Positions 36,287 through 45,415 of a DNA stretch of 59,841 bases are shown in pieces. The stretch's first letter is position 1. Every line of letters begins with the position of its first letter. The notes below the pieces were generated by a model. That model was not told the DNA's origin. It was given only the letters and a program-made list of their open reading frames with translations, and did no database searches. The stretch lies in NCBI GenBank assembly GCA_016204255.1, contig JACQLA010000003.1:250088-309928 (forward strand), given 5' to 3'. This DNA comes from Candidatus Microgenomates bacterium (GTDB lineage Bacteria; Patescibacteriota; Microgenomatia; JACQLA01). The translations under genes and the position numbers were made by a program.

Positions 36287-37861
36287 TTACTTATTGCTTG
36301 CCAAATAGCGCTCTTCCAAATTGCTCTTCATCTTCTGATGAAACTCTTCATCATAATTTGGCACCATGGCGCGAATTTTGCCGCAGAATTTTTCCTCCGG
36401 ACAAAAGGCGCAAAGATGACATTTCACCTTAATTTCTTCAGCCAGTTCGGGCAATTTTTCCTTTAGTAACTTCCTTATTATAAAGGCTTCCTTCTCCGTT
36501 GTCCTTTGTAAAAGTTCATCCGCAGTAGAACATAATCTTAAAGGAAAGTATCCGGAAATTAAATTATATAAATCAAATTTTTGAAGCATATCAATTCTAA
36601 TCGCCCGGGGGATAATAAAGATCGCGTCCGAGGACTTAACGCCACCCCCAACCATTTTTTTATAAGCCAAAATCGACGCCTTTCCTTCTTTTAGCCATTT
36701 TAAAAGAAGTTCCTTATTTGATTCAATGCTTGGCGGAATATAATAGACTTCATCAATTTTTTTCAAATCCGCATCTGTTAGTTTTTCGGAAATTTCAATT
36801 TTGTCAAAAACTTCAGCCGCTTTTTCCACCGCCCAATAGATTGATTCAGAAATAAGATAACAAGTGCGGTGGCGTTTTTTATCGGTATAACTTCGCCAGG
36901 TGCCAGAGGAAAGAATTTGCAAATCAACCGCCAGGTTATAATCCCGACAAATCCGGCGTCTTAAATTTAAGAGCTCGTACCATTCCCTAATTATTAAATC
37001 TTTGGAGGCGGCCATCTTTTTTGTTCTTTCTGAAAGCTGCCGCAAGCCTTCTCTCAATCCTTCGGTGGGCTGGATTACGGCCGAGGAAATAACTGAATCA
37101 ATCCCCGGAGTTTGCTGTCGCAACTCTCGCGTTAAATTTGAATTGTTAGGATTTTTAAAAACATGCGGATAGGGAAAAGCATCCCGGGGAGCCACGGCTC
37201 GCATCTGATAAAGATCCAAAGCCCCATATTCAGCAAGTTTTTCCTCGATGGTTTTTAGAAACATTTTTGCTTCTTCCGGCATCCATTCGCCCTCGGTCTC
37301 AATTTCTTTTTTAATGTTAATCACCGATTCTAAAGGCAGATCCAAAATGCCGGTCCCGAAAATCCCATACTGAACCGCTTTTGAAGCCACGTCGCGCAAA
37401 ACATTTTGTTCAATCATTTCGTTAAAAAACTTAATATTTTCTTCGGATTGAGAAAAATAAAGATTTTTAAAACTACTTTTCTCAATTGTTGAAGGAATAA
37501 CAATGTCATCCGGCTCCATGGCTGTTCGTCTGCCTGACGCCATAAGGGATGAGGAAAAATTAATCCCCGTGAACATCAGGTCCAAAAATTTACTGCCTTG
37601 AAAAGTGACGCAAAGGTGTGGGGTAGTGGCAATTGAAGAGTGTCCGCGCAGAGAAGATTTACGCAAAATGTTTTTAACTTTTTTATCGATGTCCTGATCT
37701 TTTTCCAAAGCCTGCTGGTAAAGCTCTTTAATTGGTTTACCCTTAAAAGTTAAAAGGGCGGAAAAAGCGACAATTTGTTCGGGGTTTAGGAAAAAATCTT
37801 CTTCTTTGAAAACAGGGGTAATACCTAAAAAATCAACCCGCAGATCAGCCGTTTTATGCAT
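36287..37861 (-). CDS. thyX: Tandem (two-domain) ThyX-like FAD-dependent thymidylate synthase
   Basis: RGHSSIA in the N-half, KRHRT and LRLC in the C-half; directly upstream of tmk. Confidence 0.7.
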   Translation of the reverse strand: MHKTADLRVDFLGITPVFKEEDFFLNPEQIVAFSALLTFKGKPIKELYQQALEKDQDIDKKVKNILRKSSLRGHSSIATTPHLCVTFQGSKFLDLMFTGINFSSSLMASGRRTAMEPDDIVIPSTIEKSSFKNLYFSQSEENIKFFNEMIEQNVLRDVASKAVQYGIFGTGILDLPLESVINIKKEIETEGEWMPEEAKMFLKTIEEKLAEYGALDLYQMRAVAPRDAFPYPHVFKNPNNSNLTRELRQQTPGIDSVISSAVIQPTEGLREGLRQLSERTKKMAASKDLIIREWYELLNLRRRICRDYNLAVDLQILSSGTWRSYTDKKRHRTCYLISESIYWAVEKAAEVFDKIEISEKLTDADLKKIDEVYYIPPSIESNKELLLKWLKEGKASILAYKKMVGGGVKSSDAIFIIPRAIRIDMLQKFDLYNLISGYFPLRLCSTADELLQRTTEKEAFIIRKLLKEKLPELAEEIKVKCHLCAFCPEEKFCGKIRAMVPNYDEEFHQKMKSNLEERYLASNK

Positions 37862-37952
37862 GGGCTAAGTTTAGCAATTTTTAGGAGGTCAAGCAAGAGG
37901 GTTTTTGTTGCAAAATTGCGCGTTTTATGATAAATTTTAGCCTATTACACAG

Positions 37953-38055
37953 TGTCATTCTGAGCCTCGGCTACGCCGGACGAAGAATCTCATTATCTCG
38001 TAGAGAATCTGAGAATCGTTTACTCCCGAGATTCTTCACTTTGTTCAGAATGACA
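37953..38055. repeat. Complete gene-less CGTC-type REP (GTCATTCTGA subtype)
   Basis: TGTCATTCTGAG..GAAGAATCTC / GAGATTCTTC..TTCAGAATGACA. Confidence 0.85.
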
Positions 38056-38081
38056 GAGAAGTGTACAATTGAGGTTTAAAA

Positions 38082-38693
38082 ATGGTTTTGGCGGAAAAAC
38101 GTATCCGAACGCAAATTCATACTGCCGAACCTTTTCTGCGTGAACTGTCAGAACAGGAAAAATTAGCCCGGGCTCGGCTTTTGGCCAAAGACGTAATCGG
38201 TGACCGAATGGATCCCTATAACGCAGCCTCCTTTCGAATCGCTTACCAAGCCTATTACGATATCCATCAACCAAATACTCATGTCCCCGAACTTAATATT
38301 TCCAGGAGATTCCTTAAAAATCTTAAACGGAGAAAAATTGTTCCAATCCATGATCCAAGCACTAATGGTTGGCTGCTCGCAGAAGCGTCACCAGAGGCTC
38401 CCCATTTAAAATCAACAGCCGGACAGCTGGAACGAAGAGCTAAAAAGCATGGCTTTAATGTCCTCACGATTGAACAATATAGGCTCACGGACTTTTGTCA
38501 ACATCTAATCACCGGGTCCCATCTGGATGAGGAGGGGAAAACCCGCTCCCGGATCGCCTCAGAAAACCAAACAATCTACATTGCTTACTTTACTAAAGAT
38601 GGCCAGCTCCATTGTCGCCGGGATTATCATCGGGGGCTTCGGGATGAGGAAATTGGTGGCCGCTGGTGCTATTCTCTACAAGCCGCCGCCTAG
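38082..38693 (+). CDS. Hypothetical protein (possible C-type-lectin-like C-terminus)
   Basis: ORF track; LTIEQY..GSHLD..GGR pattern. Confidence 0.6.
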   Translation: MVLAEKRIRTQIHTAEPFLRELSEQEKLARARLLAKDVIGDRMDPYNAASFRIAYQAYYDIHQPNTHVPELNISRRFLKNLKRRKIVPIHDPSTNGWLLAEASPEAPHLKSTAGQLERRAKKHGFNVLTIEQYRLTDFCQHLITGSHLDEEGKTRSRIASENQTIYIAYFTKDGQLHCRRDYHRGLRDEEIGGRWCYSLQAAA

Positions 38694-38718
38694 AGGGAAT
38701 AAAATAGGCGGTATTCGA

Positions 38719-39351
38719 TTAACCCCAATACGGGAAAGAAACCAGCTCCTCAATGTGAAACCCATTATCTGTTCGCGTTATAAAAACAGCAAAACCCTTG
38801 GGTAGTTCCTCTGGATCTAAACTCTCTACTTCCTCTTCTAATCCCTTTTGTTTAATTGCAAAGGCCTTAATCATGGTTCTTCTTTCATCTCTGGTTTTTG
38901 ACAAAAAAGCTTGTCGTGAATTACCATTATCAAGTTCAACACACTCATAGTGGTGACCGTTAAGTTTGAAACTAGAGTGCGCACCTCGAATTGCTTTTCC
39001 CTCCCTAATCTGTTTAAAGTCCACCGACTTTCCGCGGTGAGACGAAACAACACCTTCGTCTGAAATCTGGACAAGATCGCAAAATGGAGGCACTATTCTC
39101 CTTCCCGTTCCTTCGTAAATGGAATCTTCCATATATGCAAGCTCGTCTGGTGGTAAATTATAACCATCGCTTGCAGAAAGATATGGACCCAAGCGATGCA
39201 TGGCAATGGCACACTCATTTAAAAAACCTTGTAATTCTACCCGGGCACTAATTTCTCCAAACGCACGATCTGGACGCTTTTCGGCAATGTCGGACTGGTA
39301 TACTCCCATTCCTAGTTTGGTTTCTGAATTACTCATAAAAAAAGATCCCAC
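38719..39351 (-). CDS. Hypothetical protein
   Basis: ORF track; no motif recognised. Confidence 0.65.
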   Translation of the reverse strand: MGSFFMSNSETKLGMGVYQSDIAEKRPDRAFGEISARVELQGFLNECAIAMHRLGPYLSASDGYNLPPDELAYMEDSIYEGTGRRIVPPFCDLVQISDEGVVSSHRGKSVDFKQIREGKAIRGAHSSFKLNGHHYECVELDNGNSRQAFLSKTRDERRTMIKAFAIKQKGLEEEVESLDPEELPKGFAVFITRTDNGFHIEELVSFPYWG

Positions 39352-39487
39352 GGGCCTAACCCGTGGAAAAATTCATTTTATCATTTTGCTTATAAGGAGT
39401 CAAGCTACACAACCGAATTGTACCAAAGTTAATATTAAATAATTATGATGAAGTCTTATAGGCCTCATGTACATTCAGTCGACTCCA

Positions 39488-39592
39488 CGTCATTTCGAAC
39501 GAAGTGAGAAATCTAGTCCCAATTTTATGGGACGCAATTACGCTTCGCTAGATTTCTCGTCCCCCGATCTGATCGGGGGACTCGAAATGACG
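39488..39592. repeat. Complete gene-less CGTC-type REP carrying a CCGAT-N3-ATCGG hairpin
   Basis: CGTCATTTCGAA..GAGAAATCTAG / CTAGATTTCTC-GTCCCCCGATCTGATCGGGGGAC-TCGAAATGACG. Confidence 0.88.
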
Positions 39593-39642
39593 AAAGATTA
39601 TGGCTTGACAAGCATTTCAAATGTATTTTATGCTGAAGGGGC

Positions 39643-40575
39643 ATGGTAATTTTTACCTGGATCAAACGCAATAAACTCGCTGCTATTCTTTTAATTATAG
39701 TTGCCTACTTTTTATTTCGCGGGATTATTAGTAGTTTTTTTGGTATCACTCTAACATCAACCTCGGTAAAACCATTTTCTACTCCTGATGAATTCAGTTC
39801 CCTACAAAGAGTTTCCGCTCCCTCGACCAGTTTTGGTTTGCCCATCGGTAGCGGATCATCTATCTATTCTCCAGCGGCTCCTGCCCCCGAGGTCAAAGAT
39901 CGTTTGGTCGTTGAGGAATCACACGCCTCTCTTTTAGTCAAAAATGTCGCTCAAACTTTGGATTTAATTAAAGGAAAGGCTACGTCTTTGGGCGGCTACA
40001 TGGTTGAAAGTAGTCTTGACCGGCCCGACGAGGCCACCTCCGGTCAAATCACCATCCGCATTCCCAACAATACATTAGATGAATCCTTAAATTATTTCCG
40101 ATCGCTGGCGGTTAAAGTTGTTTCGGAAAACCTACGCGGTACGGATGTGACTGATGAGTATGTCGATATCGATGCTCGGCTTAAAACTCTTGAAAAAAAT
40201 AAAGAACGATTTGAAGAAATTATGGATCAAGCCGTTAAAATTGAGGATATCTTGCGAATTCAACAGGAAATTTTAAGCATCCAGTCTCAAATAGATAGTC
40301 TTCGCGGCCAGCAAAATTATTTAGAAAAAACCGCCCAAATGTCAAAAATTACAATATTTCTGTCAACCGACGAATTATCATTACCCTATGCGCCCGAACA
40401 ACCCTGGCGGCCGCAGGTTGTTTTCAAGTACGCTGTTCGCAGCATGCTTGGAAACCTGCAAAATATTGGCAGTTTGATAATCTGGCTCATTGTCTACGCC
40501 GTTATCTGGCTACCGATTATCTTAATTATTCTTTACGCCCGCTCCCGCCTCAAAAAATCCCCCTACACATCTTGA
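39643..40575 (+). CDS. DUF4349 domain membrane protein
   Basis: LGGYMVESS, GTDVTDEYVDIDARL and C-terminal TM helix. Confidence 0.9.
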   Translation: MVIFTWIKRNKLAAILLIIVAYFLFRGIISSFFGITLTSTSVKPFSTPDEFSSLQRVSAPSTSFGLPIGSGSSIYSPAAPAPEVKDRLVVEESHASLLVKNVAQTLDLIKGKATSLGGYMVESSLDRPDEATSGQITIRIPNNTLDESLNYFRSLAVKVVSENLRGTDVTDEYVDIDARLKTLEKNKERFEEIMDQAVKIEDILRIQQEILSIQSQIDSLRGQQNYLEKTAQMSKITIFLSTDELSLPYAPEQPWRPQVVFKYAVRSMLGNLQNIGSLIIWLIVYAVIWLPIILIILYARSRLKKSPYTS

Positions 40576-40726
40576 TAAGCTTCGACTAAAATTTGATTTT
40601 AGATCGTCTCAGCAGTATAATGTCGAATATTATACAGGCCGAGTGCAAAGCATAATTACGTAGTAATTAGTAGCTGAGCGTAGGCGAAACGTTTTAATTG
40701 GGCATTAATTAAGTGTATTAGAAACT

Positions 40727-40969
40727 ATGGGCAAACACGAAGTTTTAGCCATTACTGCTCCTTCTGAAATGAAGGCTTTAGCCGAACCCAAATTTGATCC
40801 TAAAAAGGCCGCCAGAAGTGTCTGTTCTACTTTAAAAACCATGAGACCTACTGAGGATTTTGACGAAGAAGCAGTTCGTAAAGAGGTAAACAGGCACTAC
40901 TCCCAAGCCCATATCACCGACCATATAGAAGCCTTAACTTTGGGTAGAATGTTAACCAAAGCCCTTTAA
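40727..40969 (+). CDS. Hypothetical protein
   Basis: ORF track. Confidence 0.55.
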   Translation: MGKHEVLAITAPSEMKALAEPKFDPKKAARSVCSTLKTMRPTEDFDEEAVRKEVNRHYSQAHITDHIEALTLGRMLTKAL

Positions 40970-41006
40970 AAAAACACCACCTGAATACAAAAATAATTTA
41001 TATAAT

Positions 41007-41534
41007 ATGGCACCACGATTTGAAGTAGAAATCCCCAAGGGTCAGGAAAAGGCCTTTAGAGAGCAACTTACCAAAGAGTTTCCTGATGCGCAAATAGTAT
41101 TTGATGAAGAGGAACGGGAAAAAGAAGAGGAAAAGAGAAAGGGGTTTTTGAGAGAGCGTTTTAATGAGTTCCTTAACCCTCAAGATCCTAAGCCCGAGAA
41201 GCAGGAAGAACTTAGAAAACATTTCAACGAAATGTTGCCCTACATTTTCGAGAGAAAAATACCTTCTATGTTGCAAAATGTCGAAACTCTGGACGAATTT
41301 GACCAGGCTAAGAAGTTATTCTTAGGCTTTTGCACCAAGGTTTTGGATCTTCGACAGATAGTTATTTTAATAGAACGCTACGGCTTATGTGACGGGAAAT
41401 TTAAAACTCAATACGCGGTTGGAGAAATTTTTGGACTTGGACAAGTCCATGCGGGGACTTTGGAACGCAGAGCTGTGGGAAGATTGCGACTTTATGCATC
41501 GCGCCCCGAATTTCAAAACTCGATACAAAACTAA
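41007..41534 (+). CDS. Protein with a C-terminal sigma70-region-4-like HTH
   Basis: RQIVILIERYGLCDGKFKTQYAVGEIFGL....LERRAVGRLR. Confidence 0.75.
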   Translation: MAPRFEVEIPKGQEKAFREQLTKEFPDAQIVFDEEEREKEEEKRKGFLRERFNEFLNPQDPKPEKQEELRKHFNEMLPYIFERKIPSMLQNVETLDEFDQAKKLFLGFCTKVLDLRQIVILIERYGLCDGKFKTQYAVGEIFGLGQVHAGTLERRAVGRLRLYASRPEFQNSIQN

Positions 41535-41582
41535 TGGTCTTTAGGGATTGAAAAAAATCCTCTATTTAACTAAAATGACTTC

Positions 41583-42155
41583 ATGGTTTTAGGGACTGAA
41601 GAAATTCTAAAATTAGTTAAATCTCACAAATTGGTCACCGGTCTTTCTGATCGCGAGTTAAACACTCCTGAAGGCGCGGGATTTGATTTAAGACTGGCTG
41701 AAGTTTGGGAAGTTGTAGGACAGGGATTTTTGGGAATTGAGGAGAGAGAGTCAGCAAAACTGAAATTGGTGTCTTCCATTACGAGGTCTCACCTTAACGA
41801 GGTCTCACCTCGTAAATCTCAAAGGAAAAAAGTTATTTCGTTGAAACCCGGAAAATATTATGTTGTCAAAACGGTTGAAGATCTCAATCTGCCGGAAAAT
41901 ATTATCACTATTTTCCGTCCCCGTTCAACCCTTTACCGCTCGGGAGTGGCCCTTTTTTCTGGCAATGCCTCGCCGGGTTATTGCGGCGGAATCAATGTGG
42001 GACTTATTAATTTTGGCCCAAAACCGTTTGAAATCGAAATGGGGGCGCGCTTTATCCATGTTATTTTTATGGAAGTCCGAGGCGGAACTCATCTTTACCG
42101 GGGTCAGTGGCAAGGCGGGCGAACACAAACTAAAGGACGGGAAAAACAAGTTTAG
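41583..42155 (+). CDS. dUTPase/dCTP-deaminase superfamily protein
   Basis: GAGFDLRL, PRSTLYRSG, SPGYCG and YRGQWQGGR motifs. Confidence 0.85.
   Translation: MVLGTEEILKLVKSHKLVTGLSDRELNTPEGAGFDLRLAEVWEVVGQGFLGIEERESAKLKLVSSITRSHLNEVSPRKSQRKKVISLKPGKYYVVKTVEDLNLPENIITIFRPRSTLYRSGVALFSGNASPGYCGGINVGLINFGPKPFEIEMGARFIHVIFMEVRGGTHLYRGQWQGGRTQTKGREKQV
41779..41815. repeat. AGGT-N3-ACCT doublet inside the dUTPase-like CDS
   Basis: TTACGAGGTCTCACCTTAACGAGGTCTCACCTCGTAA; same architecture as 7471-7509. Confidence 0.75.
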
Positions 42156-44311
42156 GCCTCGCAAGCGGAGAACCCACAAGAAGGACAGGAAAGACAACCT
42201 TCACCCCGAACAAGTTCATGACCACATTGGGGACACGCATGCAAAGTATTTCTGGTTTGTTCCTCAACTCTAGCCACTTCTCCGTTGCCGACATTCAAAA
42301 CCTGAGTTTGTCGTGATTTATCGCGATAAATTGTGATGCCTTTGCATCCTAACTTCCAAGCCAACACAAAAACATTTTGAACGTCTTCGATGGTTGCCTT
42401 GTTGGCAAGATTTATGGTTTTAGAAACCGCGTTATCAGTATGTTTTTGAAAAGCCGCCTGCATTTTAATATGCCATTCGGGAGAAATTTCGTGAGCAATG
42501 ACAAAAGTCTGTCGGACATTCAAGGGTATTTCCTTAATATCACAAACACTGCCAGATTTAACAATTTTTTCCCTTACCTCTTCCAAATTTTTAAGTTTAA
42601 GTCCTTCAAGAACTTTCATTAGGTCCTGATTAACCTCAGGCAAACGCGTACCACCAAAGACTTCCTTATAATAAGAAAGTGCAAATAGTGGTTCAATACC
42701 GGAAGAAACACCGGCCAGCATTGCCAATGACCCGGTTGGTGCGATGGTGGTTGTCGTTGCATTACGCATCGAGCGAATTTTTTTCTTATGCCAGCGCGAG
42801 CCTTCAAAATGAGTAAACGATCCTTTTTCCCGGCCCAATTTTTGACTTTCTTCGTGAGAAACTTTGGTGATAAATTTAATTACTCTTTCCGCTAATTTTA
42901 GCGCCTCATCGCTATCATAGCGTACTCCCATTTTTACCAAAAGATCGGCCCAACCCATCACACCCAAACCGATTTTGCGATTACCTTTGACTACCCTATC
43001 AACCTGAGCCAGAGGATACCTGCAGACATCAATAGCATTATCCATAAATCTTACGGCTATTCGAATAACTTCCTCCAGGCGCTTCCAATCAATATCCGTT
43101 AACAAGGTCCGTCCTTGTACAGGGACGGACCTTGAAAAACTTGAAGAATTCCTTTTTATGAATTTTACTAAATTTATACTCCCTAAATTACACGCCTCAT
43201 ATGATAATAAGGGTTGTTCTCCGCATAAATTAACGGCATCAATTTGTCCAAGATGAGGAGTCGGATTATCCCGGTTAATCCGATCTAAAAAAATCACTCC
43301 CGGATCGCCGCTTTTCCAGGCATGGGTGGCCGCTAACTCAAAAATCGAGCGGGCCGAAAGGGTTTGATAGATCTGGCCGTTACGCGGGCTAACCAAATTC
43401 CAATCTTCTCCTTTTTCCACCGCTTTCATAAATCGAGAATCAATCGCTAGCGAGTAGTTGATATGTGGTAAAAAATTATCCTGTTCTTTGCAGGAAATAA
43501 ACTCTAAAACATCGGGGTGGGAAACAGAAAGCACTACCATATTACCCGAGCGTCTTCCTCCATCCTGAAGTAAAATATCGGAGGCTGAATCCAAAACTTT
43601 CATCAAGGCCACTGGGCCACAAGCGCCTGACGCGGTCCGGGTGAAATCTCCTTTGGGTCGAATTTTAGAAAAAGAAAATCCTACCCCACCTCCGTTTTTT
43701 TTAAGCAAAGCCGAGGCCTTAATCGACTCAAACATTTCTTCAATATTGTCTTCCATTGGCAAAACAAAACAGCTCGCCAGCTGCCCGGATGGGCTACCAG
43801 CATTGGCCAAAGTCCGGCCTCCCGGTAAAAATTCCAGTGAAGTCATAATTTCAAAAAATTTATCAGCCCAAAATTTTTGCTTATCTTCTTCCTCTGCTCC
43901 CGCGATAGCCGAGGCAACCCGCCAAAACATTTGTCTAGGCGTTTCACGAACTTCACCTTTGCCGTTTTTTTGTAAATATTTATTTTTTAAAACCAGAAGG
44001 GAATTAACCGGAAAACCCACATCATCCTTTACGCCTAATAGTTCTTTTACCTTTTCTTCAGACTCTTTTTCCTGACGATCTAAAATAAAAAATCGCGCGG
44101 TTTTAGCATGACCCTCTTCGATCAGAATTTTTTCAACCGCATCATCCAGTTCCTGTTGAGTAAAATTTTTCTTTTTGGGGAATTTGGTCGCCAGATATAC
44201 TAAAACCTTCTCTGCGATTTCTCCGGCTAAATCTTCATTTTTGCCACCGACGGCCTGGGCCGCCTGAAAAATGACATGAGTAATTAGTTTTGTGTCCGGG
44301 GGATTTTCCAT
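42152..44311 (-). CDS. nrdJ: Class II (adenosylcobalamin-dependent) ribonucleotide reductase with ATP-cone and C-terminal Zn ribbon
   Basis: LASCFV, NLCGEQPL..ACNLGSINL, TIAPTG, GITIYRD and CPQCG..CLSCPSCGFSAC motifs; lacks the class I terminal YY. Confidence 0.9.
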   Translation of the reverse strand: MENPPDTKLITHVIFQAAQAVGGKNEDLAGEIAEKVLVYLATKFPKKKNFTQQELDDAVEKILIEEGHAKTARFFILDRQEKESEEKVKELLGVKDDVGFPVNSLLVLKNKYLQKNGKGEVRETPRQMFWRVASAIAGAEEEDKQKFWADKFFEIMTSLEFLPGGRTLANAGSPSGQLASCFVLPMEDNIEEMFESIKASALLKKNGGGVGFSFSKIRPKGDFTRTASGACGPVALMKVLDSASDILLQDGGRRSGNMVVLSVSHPDVLEFISCKEQDNFLPHINYSLAIDSRFMKAVEKGEDWNLVSPRNGQIYQTLSARSIFELAATHAWKSGDPGVIFLDRINRDNPTPHLGQIDAVNLCGEQPLLSYEACNLGSINLVKFIKRNSSSFSRSVPVQGRTLLTDIDWKRLEEVIRIAVRFMDNAIDVCRYPLAQVDRVVKGNRKIGLGVMGWADLLVKMGVRYDSDEALKLAERVIKFITKVSHEESQKLGREKGSFTHFEGSRWHKKKIRSMRNATTTTIAPTGSLAMLAGVSSGIEPLFALSYYKEVFGGTRLPEVNQDLMKVLEGLKLKNLEEVREKIVKSGSVCDIKEIPLNVRQTFVIAHEISPEWHIKMQAAFQKHTDNAVSKTINLANKATIEDVQNVFVLAWKLGCKGITIYRDKSRQTQVLNVGNGEVARVEEQTRNTLHACPQCGHELVRGEGCLSCPSCGFSACEA
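43103..43134. repeat. Perfect 12-bp-arm palindrome inside nrdJ
   Basis: CAAGGTCCGTCC-TTGTACAG-GGACGGACCTTG. Confidence 0.75.
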
Positions 44312-44411
44312 CCCAAACAGTTTACAAAAATGGAATTAATTATTCAAGAGGAAAAGAACCGAAAAATTGACAATAATCCCGCAAGTGTTTATCATACGTG
44401 CTCAGTAAACT

Positions 44412-44996
44412 ATGGAAACCAAAGAGAAGCTTCCGTTTGCTTACACTGTTAGTGAATTGGCCCGCAGTTTAGTTATCGTACCGTCGGACGCTCCAGAAGA
44501 AATTCAGCGAAAGTGCGATGGCTGCTTTTTTATATTGGCTGCCAATTTTTCTCTCAATATAGAACAGGATCTTCAGAACCGTCAAATTATCGGCGGAGAT
44601 CGATATAAGGGACATACTAAAAAAGGTAAAGCAACCGCCAGATTCACCAAAGAACAAGTTAGACCCTTAGTGAAAAGAGGAATATTAAACTCTAAACCAC
44701 CGTATGAGTTTGAGAATTTACTTGTACTTGTCGCCACTGAACATCCGATAATTACTGATCTTGGATTGACTGAATCCGAGATCCGTACCACTCTCTACAG
44801 AGGAGCAGAAAAAGTAGTCTCCGAAACTAAATCACAGCTGGCCGCTAATGAGCTCGGATTGCAAGTAGAATTTTACCAGCCTAGTGAAAACATAGATAAT
44901 GCTCTTTTACGAAAAACCATTTTTACTCTTCAAGCATTCCAGGAAAAACTTTTAATGCGAGTCTTACTGCCATCTCCTGATATCAATAATAAATAG
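44412..44996 (+). CDS. Hypothetical protein
   Basis: ORF track. Confidence 0.65.
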   Translation: METKEKLPFAYTVSELARSLVIVPSDAPEEIQRKCDGCFFILAANFSLNIEQDLQNRQIIGGDRYKGHTKKGKATARFTKEQVRPLVKRGILNSKPPYEFENLLVLVATEHPIITDLGLTESEIRTTLYRGAEKVVSETKSQLAANELGLQVEFYQPSENIDNALLRKTIFTLQAFQEKLLMRVLLPSPDINNK

Positions 44997-45415
44997 ATTT
45001 TTTGCCAGAATTTCTTACCCAACTCTTACCACTTTTTGCTTCTTTTCTTTATTAAAAGTTGCATAATTGGGCTTATCATGGAAAGCTCCAAGCAACCCTA
45101 CTATAAATCTCTCCATCTTCCGCCGCTAATGTTTACTAAACGCTCAAACCGCTTTTCTGGCCTTTATCTAAAAATTAGAATTCAGCGGTTTTGCACTAGT
45201 AAAAACTGCGCCACTCTTTCCCAAAAAATTCGTTAATTTCTTCCATTGACGATCGATTTAGGACTTCCCTAAAGCCCCCTTTTGTAGTATAATCTGCGTA
45301 GCAGATTAGTAGTGAGCGAAGCGAGCGTCTAATTTGCGCAAGATTAATGTGAGCGAAGCGATTAATCTGCATAGCTTTAACGATAATTTAACTAATAATT
45401 TAACATAATAAAGCG

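Noticed and set aside
29955-39649. Track ORFs 29955-30413, 38020-38274 and 39467-39649
   Set aside because: They are read-throughs of REP palindromes or antisense to real genes (RHFE..EKS and CHSEQSEES are repeat-derived peptides).
45010-45250. Possible decayed gene on the minus strand (MEEINEFFGKEW..) and the + strand 66-aa ORF
   Set aside because: Multiple stops, and no family could be assigned with confidence.
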